Assembly: GCA_964035575.1 (NCBI GenBank)
Contig: OZ037844.1
Location: 124,001-188,000 of the forward strand
DNA: 64,000 bases
Direction of reading: 5' to 3'
DNA from: Rhynchopus sp. YZ270_cl-10
Lineage: Eukaryota
The notes under the pieces are model-generated. The model made no database searches and had not been told where the DNA came from. It worked only from the letters and a program-made list of their open reading frames with translations. The position numbers and the translations under genes were made by a program. Of this stretch, positions 10,663-21,089 are shown in pieces. The stretch's first letter is position 1, and each line of letters starts with the position of its first letter.

Positions 10663-12770
10663 CCCTGAACTGCCTCCGTCCCTGACAACAACACAGAAGC
10701 CGCAAGGGTAGGGTCACATCCATTGTGTTATTTATGATTCCTTTGCGTTGAATGCACTGGTGTGGAATGTTGGGCTTCAGGGTGCTGCCGGCGACAGGTG
10801 GCCGGGAAAACACTGCATGAGTACCCGATGGGTGGGACATGCTCACTATGGTACCCAAAACGCTTGGAAAAAAACGTATTTGCGACTTTGTTTCGATGAC
10901 CATTTTGAGTATTTGGTTTGCTTTTTTACTTTTTTTTGGTCAGTGTTTCCCAGCATCTCACCTAACTCTGAAAATAGGTGAGATTTTGCGGTTTTGCGGG
11001 TTTTTGTATAGGTGTGGCGAGCCCGGGCGCGCTTCGCGCGCCCGGGTCCCCACCTTAGCTCAAGTTGGGGGCCTCCGGCGGAATGTGAGAATTTCTCGGA
11101 GTTCGGCACTTCATTGATATTTGCACCAGTACATTTACAAAATAAACGGCAGTCATGGCAGGCATGACACCCAAGCGAAGCCACGGTACGCAACATTTCT
11201 AAAAATTGTTGACATAAATGTCACTGTCGTTGGAAGATTGGGGGGTCAGCTTGTTTTTGTGCCCAAAATTTCTCAGCACTGCTGACCAGGGACATTGGGA
11301 ACATAGGGATTTTTGCGGAGCAAAAAAAAAATCAAACAAATGGCGCCGCAGGCGAAAAAAAATTAGGGTACAGTGTAAAAATCTATCTTTTTTACAGTCA
11401 TAGTCACACACCTATTATGGTCCTAACCCTTTTTTGCGGAGCAAAAAAGGGAAAATGGCGCCGCAGGCAAAAAAAAATTGAGGTACAGCCTGGATGGTGC
11501 GGTCAGCAACCCAGTTCCCCATGGTACTCCCGTGGTTCAACCATGATTTTTTTTTTTTTTTTTTCCTGCAGGTGAGATTTCTCACCTCACTTTTTTTTTT
11601 TTTTTTTTTTTTTGTGAGATTTCTCACCCCAAAATCTCACCGTGGGAAACACTGTTTTTGGTGTATGTGAGATTTGATTTTCATACATTGAAATCCCGGG
11701 GAGTCACGGGGAGTTTGGCAAAAAATCAAAAAAAACGAACTCCCCGTGAGTGTTTTTTTGGTTTCGAGAGTTTTCGAGAGTGTTTTTTTTTTTTTTTTAC
11801 GGAGAGTTTTCGCGATTAATCGCGACAAAATTCGCGATTAATCCCCGGGAGTAAAATCGCGATTTTTTGTAGCATTTTACCCCAAACACAACTGTGCACA
11901 CCTGGTGCTATCCGCATCTGACCTGTGCCTACCTGGGCACACGTTCAGTCTACGTACTCACATTACACCTACCGATTGATTCGCAAAATGCACCCACCAC
12001 GACAGAGGGGTGATAAGCCTCGCGGCTTTAGGCGGCACAGTGGTGGCGGACATGAGCAAACGAGCCCACAGGTCGATCACAAATGCGACGGGTTAATTCC
12101 GCGCTTGGGAATTATCCACACCTGTTTAAGATATAATCACGCTTAAATTACTCTGGGCGAAAAATGGTACACCATACCAGCAGGGGAGCATACCACCACA
12201 TGTAAGCAGGGCTATTTTAAAAATATAAAAAAATATGGGGATAAGGAACAAGAAAAGGGTGAAAACGGGTCGAGGCTTCCCGCCGCAGGCCTCGGAACGT
12301 AGTGAGAGCTTGTGAAAAAATCTCTCCCCGTTCATAGATGGCCCAGTTTTCGAGATTTTTTCATAAATTCGCGATTAATCGCAAATTTTTATTTTATAAA
12401 TTGGAGAGTTTTCGAGAGTATTTTTTTTTAAATCGGGGAGTATTGGAGAGTTTTGGAGAGTTTTGGAGAGTTTTTTTTTAAATTGGAGAGTTTTCGAGAG
12501 TTTTTCACAAATTCGCGATTAAGGGCAGGCTCACTTTTGTCTGTGTTTAGTGCTCGGAGGGCCCAAAAATTTTCCGCGCGCGCGCGCAAGAAAAAAACAT
12601 GGAAAAAAAAAATAAGAAAAAACACACACACACACACACACGTTGCACGGTGTGCATGATTGGTGAAACTTTTAAACGCCGGCATTTGCATTTCCGGAAT
12701 TCGTCCGGCCAGTGGTGGGGTCAATTTGCCGAAATGGACAAGTTCTCGTTTTTGGTCAATTTCTGCACAG

Positions 12771-13200
12771 TACACAGTATACACAGTATACACAGTATAC
12801 ACAGTATACACAGTATACACAGTATACACAGTATACACAGTATACACAGTATACACAGTATACACAGTATACACAGTATACACAGTATACACAGTATACA
12901 CAGTATACACAGTATACACAGTATACACAGTATACACAGTATACACAGTATACACAGTATACACAGTATACACAGTATACACAGTATACACAGTATACAC
13001 AGTATACACAGTATACACAGTATACACAGTATACACAGTATACACAGTATACACAGTATACACAGTATACACAGTATACACAGTATACACAGTATACACA
13101 GTATACACAGTATACACAGTATACACAGTATACACAGTATACACAGTATACACAGTATACACAGTATACACAGTATACACAGTATACACAGTATACACAG
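12771..13200. repeat. Perfect 9-bp tandem array (GTATACACA)n, about 47-48 units
   Basis: Directly visible; source of the YTV/HSI/TQY pseudo-ORFs. Confidence 0.98.
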
Positions 13201-13210
13201 GGGATTGGGA

Positions 13211-13857
13211 GTACAGTACAGTACAGTACAGTACAGTACAGTACAGTACAGTACAGTACAGTACAGTACAGTACAGTACAGTACAGTACAGTACAGTACA
13301 GTACAGTACAGTACAGTACAGTACAGTACAGTACAGTACAGTACAGTACAGTACAGTACAGTACAGTACAGTACAGTACAGTACAGTACAGTACAGTACA
13401 GTACAGTACAGTACAGTACAGTACAGTACAGTACAGTACAGTACAGTACAGTACAGTACAGTACAGTACAGTACAGTACAGTACAGTACAGTACAGTACA
13501 GTACAGTACAGTACAGTACAGTACAGTACAGTACAGTACAGTACAGTACAGTACAGTACAGTACAGTACAGTACAGTACAGTACAGTACAGTACAGTACA
13601 GTACAGTACAGTACAGTACAGTACAGTACAGTACAGTACAGTACAGTACAGTACAGTACAGTACAGTACAGTACAGTACAGTACAGTACAGTACAGTACA
13701 GTACAGTACAGTACAGTACAGTACAGTACAGTACAGTACAGTACAGTACAGTACAGTACAGTACAGTACAGTACAGTACAGTACAGTACAGTACAGTACA
13801 GTACAGTACAGTACAGTACAGTACAGTACAGTACAGTACAGTACAGTACAGTACAGT
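13211..13857. repeat. Perfect 5-bp microsatellite (GTACA)n, about 129 units
   Basis: Directly visible; separated from the 9-mer array by gggattggga. Confidence 0.98.
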
Positions 13858-15732
13858 TCTTCGTAGAACTTCGTTTTGCAATAAGAAAGCCTCACCCTTC
13901 TTCCCAGAATTCCTCCCAGAACCAGCTGGGCACCAATACTGGAAATATCGTAAAAGCATAACTATTTTGGACGATTTTGTGGACGATTTGGCTGCTACTC
14001 GGAAAATCCATTTGTTTGCGGGTTTCCCGGAACCTCACAAAAATAAATCCCATCGATCATTTTTTGAAACATTTCACAATATTTTTGTAGGAACTTGGTG
14101 CACAAAATCACCTCAAGCCCCACTACTCTCTCCCTCACACCTTTTATTACTACAATGTTTTTTTTTTTTCCCATGTTTTTTTTTTTGGAATTCTCAAAAT
14201 TTTCCGCGCGCGCGAGCAATAAACACAGGCAAAAGTGAGCCTGCCCTAATCGCGATTTTTTTTTCTTTTTTTTTAATCGCTAAAACTCTCGAAAACACCA
14301 GTGGAGAGTCTCCGCGACTCCAGGGGATTTCAATGTATGAAACATATTCTTTGAGGTTCAGACATTGTGTGCAGAGGTGTCCCTAAACATATGAGTGTCT
14401 AATCTCAAATCGGGCATCGGCATACTGATCCTCACACACATGGGTGAGGATGAACAAAGATAACCATTTCATATTTGTGAAAAATGAAAAACGAGAAAAT
14501 CCCTTGAAAGATGAAGCTGGCCTCTCGTGCACATCTTAAAAAATAAAACCCACAGCCTCGAACATTTCTACACAAATGATTTCATTGAACGCATCCCCTT
14601 TTTATGTTTCCCCCACCCCCGAAAACAATAAAGCAATAAAAACAATAAAGACAAAAGGGAGAGGTTGTGGCGAAACGCACACACCCAAAAACAAGATCGC
14701 TATCTGGCCACCTCAGCTTGCTGATGATTTCACACCACCCCTCTTTCGACCGTTTTATCGATCGACTACTCCACCAGCGCGGCTTTTCCCTTAGTGTGCA
14801 CGACCGAGCTTTCGCTCCCTCCCGATATTTCGGGACCGTCAGTAACACCCACACACGGACCGACACCACCGATTTTTCGGTGCACCTGTTCTTATCCCTG
14901 TTTCAATCACTCGCGGATCGACTACGCAACCAGAGGCACTCCCGGCCTACGTTACGCATTACCAAAAAGCTAAAACAAAACCCCATCTACCTCACTGCCT
15001 CTCTCACAATGTCAAGGCATAGTTCCCCGAATGGCCCTTCGTAAGGCACTGCACCGCCGGCAGGTTGTCCACTTCAAGACAAGTGTCCAGTCCTGCTCCG
15101 CCAGACACACCCCACTCTCTGCTGCCCACAGCTCCTTCAGGAAGAGATGCATGTCCATCTCCTCGCTGGAAAGCAAGCCCTGTGCTGCCCACTCTTTAGA
15201 TGCACGTCCGTCCACACAACAAACACGCCCCCCGCCCCTTCCTGTGCATCCAACGCACTGAGCTCCTTGATCTCCTTTGCAGCCGCACGCGGAATCACAC
15301 CCTGTACATCCCTCGAGCGGCGTTCCTCGAAACCAAACTCATCGCCCCGAAGACGCTCGGCAAAAAATGCAGTTTCCTTCTTCATCACCGCTCCCATCAA
15401 ACGTCACGGTCAGCTCCGCCACACTACACTGCACGGCGGATACACCACAGCCGTCAAACGCCAGGTTCCTCGTCCCCGGAAGGCGCCGTCGCAGACCCGC
15501 TCCCCAGATTCGAACATAGAAAAGGAAGGCAGTGCTACTGTAGGGGTACGGTGTTCGATTTGCTTTTAGCATTGCATGTAATCATACAATAATATCCGTA
15601 ACCGACACTCCATGAGACGTTACCTTGACCTACAAGGGTTGAAGGGGCGTGTCGAAAAAGAAGGTTGACGCTCTCCGTTGGTCTGGTTACATTCCTCTGA
15701 AGACAGTTCAAATGTGGTCGACGCGTACAGCA

Positions 15733-17400
15733 TCATTCTTCCGCACCGTGCTTGAGGAGAACCTGCACCACATCTGCATGTTGTTTCTGCCTCGCAAAGT
15801 GCAACGCAGTCAGACCCGAAAAAGTTCTGTGGTTCACATCCACCTCCCGTAATCCCACAAGATAGCGCACAGTCTCGGTGCGTCCACGATACACCGCAAG
15901 GATAAGACATGCGTAACCTTTGTTGTCTACCTCACACACGTCCACACCTGCTTCCACCAACATCTGTGTAATGTCGAGTTTCCCAACCTGACAAGCACAG
16001 TGAAGAGGTGTGCTTCCTAGGCTATTCTTTGCCTCAACATCTGCCCCTGCATCAATGAGCAGCTGCACCACATCTGAGTTCTTCTGTGCCACTGCGTAGT
16101 GTAGTGCAGTGTTGCAGCTGCTGTTTGACTGATTCACGTCCACCTCAGGCATGCACAGAAGAGTACGCACAGTCTCGGTCTGTCCATAATATGCTGCCAG
16201 GCTGAGACACGTGTATCCGTTGTTGTCTGTGACACACACGTCTGCACCTGCTCTAACCAGCACCTCCACAACACGGGGATTCCCACGCCGGCTCGCCACG
16301 AGGAGCGGCGAACGTCCGTCGTCGCTGTGCCTAATCTCGATGTCTGCCCCTGCATCAATGAGCAGCTGCACCACGCCTGCACCCGGCTTCTCAGCTGATG
16401 CGAGCAACGAGGTGAAGCCTTTCTTATCCTTGTGACTCACGTCGACCTGCGGCAAACCAACAAGATAGCGCACAGTCTCGGTGTGTCCAAATACTGCAGC
16501 AATCATAAGACTTGTAGATCCACCCCTTTGTGTCGCACTCACTCCCGCACCTGCTTCCACCAACATCTTCACAATACGGAGTCCACCATTCTGGCTAGAA
16601 AGGAGAAGAGGTGTCCATAAGTCCTTGTTCCTTGTCTCGATGTCTGCCCCTGCATCAATAAGAACCTTCACCACATCTGCGTGCTTTTGACGTACTGCAC
16701 CAGACAACGCAGACCAGTCGTCGTCAGCTTTGTGATTCACTTTAACACCCTGCAAGCCCTCCAAACCCACAAGATAGCGCACAGTCTCGGTGTGTCCAAA
16801 AAATGCCGCATGAATAAGACATGTGTTTCCGAAGTTGCACCTACCACACACTCCTGCACCTGCTTCCGCCAACATCTTCACAACTGCGAGTGCTCCTGAA
16901 CGGCAAGACCAGTGCAGAGGCGAACGTCCCATGTCGTCCTTTGTCTCGATGTCTGCCCCTGCATCAATGAACACCTGACACACTGCAGGGTCCTCCCACA
17001 TGACTGGACAGGCACGCCTCTCCGTGTCCTCCTGCCCGTGTGGGACAAACGCAACGTTGCTGCAGACTGACTTCCAATGCTGCAAGAGGACCTCCGTGCA
17101 CGCAGTGTGGTCTGCGTGGATGCACTCACTCAGCAGCATCCCGAAGCCCATCTGCGTTGTCTCAACATACGGAAGAAGCAGTGCGAGGCATTCATCGTGG
17201 TTCCCTCTGCATGCCTCGTGCACAGCATCGAAGGCAACCGTTTTGCTGTCTGTGTCTGGACTGAGCTTCTCAAGTCCCGCCCGCACGGCAGTCGTGTCGC
17301 CGTTCCTGGCAGCCTCCACCAAGACCTCGTCTGCAGAAAGCGTTCTTCTCTTTGGTGCCTTCTCGTCAGGTGTGCTGTCTGCGTGTTGCTCCTTCGACAT
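15733..17400 (-). CDS. Ankyrin-repeat protein, copy D (555 aa, intact)
   Basis: Uninterrupted ORF: conserved N-terminal module followed by four ~100-aa super-units of three ankyrin repeats each. Confidence 0.92.
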   Translation of the reverse strand: MSKEQHADSTPDEKAPKRRTLSADEVLVEAARNGDTTAVRAGLEKLSPDTDSKTVAFDAVHEACRGNHDECLALLLPYVETTQMGFGMLLSECIHADHTACTEVLLQHWKSVCSNVAFVPHGQEDTERRACPVMWEDPAVCQVFIDAGADIETKDDMGRSPLHWSCRSGALAVVKMLAEAGAGVCGRCNFGNTCLIHAAFFGHTETVRYLVGLEGLQGVKVNHKADDDWSALSGAVRQKHADVVKVLIDAGADIETRNKDLWTPLLLSSQNGGLRIVKMLVEAGAGVSATQRGGSTSLMIAAVFGHTETVRYLVGLPQVDVSHKDKKGFTSLLASAEKPGAGVVQLLIDAGADIEIRHSDDGRSPLLVASRRGNPRVVEVLVRAGADVCVTDNNGYTCLSLAAYYGQTETVRTLLCMPEVDVNQSNSSCNTALHYAVAQKNSDVVQLLIDAGADVEAKNSLGSTPLHCACQVGKLDITQMLVEAGVDVCEVDNKGYACLILAVYRGRTETVRYLVGLREVDVNHRTFSGLTALHFARQKQHADVVQVLLKHGAEE

Positions 17401-19047
17401 GGTTTGTGAAGATGTTGATATTCAATGTTGTGTCTTTTATGCTGTTTCTTGTGGAGGTTGTGAGGTGAGTGGTGGGTGTCCCTGAACTGCCTCCCACCCC
17501 TAACAAGCACAGCCACAGTGGAAACGGGTGGTGTGGAAGTCTCCCTCCTGAGGGTGGTGGTGGGAATCTATCTGCCTTGAGACGAGGAGGTGAGGAAGGG
17601 GGTCGGTAAGATAAAAACATCATTCAGTCTTGTTCATGTTCATAATGTATTTGCATACCCCAACCCTCCCCACTCAGTAAGATTATGAACGGGAAAGAGA
17701 ATGCAGCGCACACCCAAAGGTCCTCCTAAGACAAAAAGAAACATCGACACAAAAGAAAGCACCTGTCACTGGCAACCTTCTCACGCTTTATCTACATTCC
17801 AAAACAGAGTCACGATGCCACCTTCCATTCCTTGAGGAATACAAAGCACAACACAAATGAGATGACACGTTTAAATGTTCATTGAAGAAGTGGTCCCTAC
17901 CCACACACTCCTCCCTCCACACATCTGAGAAGCAGGCCAAGTACATTACCGACCCTCCCCCGTGAAATGGTCCCGGGGGAGGGTCGGTACATATAAAACC
18001 CCGTTCTTATTGTGCGAAGAATTAGTTTGCAGCCGAATTTTGCATTCAAAGTCGACTTTGGTGTCTATCCTTCATTCGTTGTCTTGGGAAACGGGGTGGG
18101 GCATGCTATGGGACGATCCCATGGAGGGGACACAAAAAAGAGGGACAAAAAATGGGAGAATACTAGGAAGCTGTTCCTACACGATTTATTATATGTGTGA
18201 CAACCTCTGAGGAATGTATGCTTTTTTTCAAATCAGTTTTTACTTTATTTATGAAAATCTGGTTGCATTTGTGTAGACACCCCAAGGATGTGCTCCACTA
18301 TACAGCAGCATACTGCATGTGTATTATTGTATTTGGGAGGCAATCCCTCATGTGCGGGATACGGTCCAAATGGGGACGGTATCTAGGTGTGGAAACCGTG
18401 TGCATTGCCAAGCAGAGTTTACACAATCATTGACCCAAAAAAAGAGAATTCTGCAAAAGATCAAAGATGGGACCCAAGCCTCATATGCATGGGGTATCCC
18501 TTGGAGGAATAAAGTGTAGCTTTTCATGACGGAAAATACAGGCAGCACCTGTAACCCATGATTACACCCGGGAGGAGGACGTGGTTCTCAAAGTTATCGA
18601 ACCCCCAGAGAACACCTCATTTCATGCACACAGATAACAAATACAAAAGAAACGTTAGTGAAAGAGGGGAAACAGCAACCGAACCCCCTCGCACCCCGCT
18701 GTTCTCATCACACAAATACACTTGGTGCGTACACAAAAAAAAAAAATTAGGGGTAACGCGTCCCCTCCCCTCCCTGCAAGAAGACCTTGCTTTGTCCCCC
18801 CCCAGCTCCCCCAGCCCCCTCGCAACCCCGACCCCCTGGCGGATGCTGCTGTAACTGCTAAACTGCAAACCCCATGCACCTCTGCCGCGACACCACCCCT
18901 TTTACCCTACGCATCGTGACGTCACGTACACCTTGCTCACAATAGAATCGACATCAGAGACGAGACGTTTGCACGAAGGGGAAGACAACCCAACTATGTA
19001 CATAGTAGAGGATCTCTGCCACCTTTCTGTATCCGCAGCCAGTTTAT

Positions 19048-19491
19048 TTAAGGCCTGGACGAGTCACACATTGCACAGTGGTTCGCCCCAGCTGTGTTTA
19101 CATAGGTGCAATGAACGCAGCGCCAATCTCGGGGGTATGCGGGCACTGCAGCGTTTAGTGGTGCTGCGCGGGGTGCTCCTACTGCGCCGACAGCGCCTGG
19201 CGCTGCTCCTCCCCTGTGTTGATGTGGTCCATCTTGCAGGCTTCTTCTCTGTTCCTCACATTTGCCGCCACACACAATGCACAGCTTGTCGCTGAGTTGG
19301 TTGTGGTAGTCGCACGAAGGACAGTCCCAGAGCACAGACTGTTGCCTCTTGGCTCCACACACGTCGCAGGTCACCACCTCACGCGAGTTGACAACACTAC
19401 ACTGACTGCACTTCCAGGCCCGGCACGTCTGATTAGAACACGTGTTCGCGCTGGAATCGTTAAATGTATCGCACTTAGGGCAGGCTTCCAT
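19048..19491 (-). CDS. Small protein with four RanBP2/NZF-type zinc fingers
   Basis: ATG at 19491 (MEACPKCDTFN). W-x-C-x2-C-x3-N-x6-C-x2-C motifs: WKCSQCSVVN, WDCPSCDYHN, WRCVHCTYVNTAGANHCAMC. Confidence 0.85.
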   Translation of the reverse strand: MEACPKCDTFNDSSANTCSNQTCRAWKCSQCSVVNSREVVTCDVCGAKRQQSVLWDCPSCDYHNQLSDKLCIVCGGKCEEQRRSLQDGPHQHRGGAAPGAVGAVGAPRAAPLNAAVPAYPRDWRCVHCTYVNTAGANHCAMCDSSRP

Positions 19492-20313
19492 TGCGGAGGG
19501 TGGAGGGGTTTTGAATGAGGTGGGAAGAAGCGAAGGAAGGGTAGGGGTGCTTTTGTTGTGTTTAAAAAAAATACCCACAGAAAAAAACAAAATACCCGAG
19601 CCCCTACCTGTGTGTTTGGAGATGAGGTGTGTGTACGGCAGTCGAGAAGGTGTTTGCCACAGTTGGGGTTTCCCATTTGCCATCTGACCTTTCATACAGA
19701 GGTATTTCAACATAATATGATATAAATTGATAGCAAAGAAAAATGGTCAAAACTGCACAAAAAAAATTTCCGCAAATGTGCAGAACAGGTGCCCTACAGA
19801 ATGAGTGTCCACTTTAACCTCCCGAAATACTTGGAGAAAGCCCAGAATCCTCTATTCTTAACCCGCGAGGTGAAGGGGTTCACAGGGTTTGCGACAATAG
19901 TGTGCGGGTGGGAACTCCACTGTTAACTATTTCTCTAAATAAAACTTTAGCTTTCGTAGGATAAAAGTTGAGCGCTTTTATTTATTGTTCTGCGGACCGA
20001 ATTTTGATGTTTTTTTTTTTTTTTTCGTTTTTTTTTTTTTTTTTTTTTGCGGATAACTTTTTTTTTCCTCCCTCTCCGGACTTTGCCGTGGGGACGAAAG
20101 GGAGGGGGTTTCGTACTTCTTCTTCTTTTTTATTTGATATGTGTAGGCCGCCAATTGACCTGCCCCCCCACCCCACCCCCCATTTGATGCACAATTTGAT
20201 ATACTCCCCCAACCCGAAAGAAGTCTCCTTCTTGAAAGGATTTCGTTCACATGACCATTTCCCCACCGATTTACCAAGCTGACAAAGCTGGTTGATAGAT
20301 TTCCCTCTCTCCC

Positions 20314-20349
<36 letters not shown>

Positions 20350-20591
20350 TACTCAGGTAGCTACGTAGCCTTCAGGGAGGCAATCGTGTGCTAATACAGA
20401 AAGTATCAGTCAAGGCTGTCCTTACAGACGCATGCCAAAGCGGCCGCCACATGGGTGTGGACTTTTTTCCCCCAGAAAAATAACCTCAAAAAGTGCTGCA
20501 GAAGCTCCGAAGCGAAAAGCCAATGCAGACCACTTCAAATGAAAAAAGAAAAAGAAAAAGAAAAATGGTAGTTCTTGATGCAGGCATGTCA

Positions 20592-20624
<33 letters not shown>

Positions 20625-21089
20625 ATGTACTCCCCCCTGAACCCGTAATCTTTGATTTCTCGTTTCAAGGGCACCTCCGAATGACCCACGTACGATGCCA
20701 GTCTCGGATGAAAGACTAAACCTCTCGTACTTAGTCACCAACAAAAAGAAAAGTTGAAAGACAAAATGTCCCTTTTGCACAATGCCCCCCAGTTTGCAAG
20801 GTGACTCTAAGTCACATTGCATCGCGTCGTTCCATTCACCGAAGTAAACATAAAATAAAATAAAAAATATAAAATAAAGTAAAACCCGTAACAGATACAA
20901 AACCCCCACACATCCCCATAGCCCAAAACCCACCCATTTTTTTGGGGGGGGAGGATTTTTTTTTCTGGAGATCCAACTTCTCCTTCTTCCCCATTTTTTT
21001 GTTTTTGTTTTTTGTGCGGTTGCAGTTTGTGCACACACATGCAGGGTGTTTGGAATGGACAATCTCTGCCACATTCCATCCTTGGTACT

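Larger units (their letters stand above)
11679..14342. mobile_element. Composite inverted-repeat element enclosing satellite arrays
   Basis: tttcatacattgaaatccc..ggagtc at 11679 is inverted at about 14310-14342. An inner pair tcgcgatta(a)gggcaggctcactttt at ~12513-12555 is inverted at ~14212-14256. Confidence 0.7.

Noticed and set aside
12771..13857. CRISPR array or telomere
   Set aside because: No unique spacers or cas genes; the unit is not a G-rich telomere-type repeat and the arrays are interstitial.
12428..14386. Long ORFs encoding YTV, HSI and VQYST repeats
   Set aside because: Artefacts of stop-free satellite DNA, open in nearly all frames.
15004..15572. Possible degenerate gene in a GC-rich patch
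   Set aside because: Only short overlapping ORFs with no recognisable motif.
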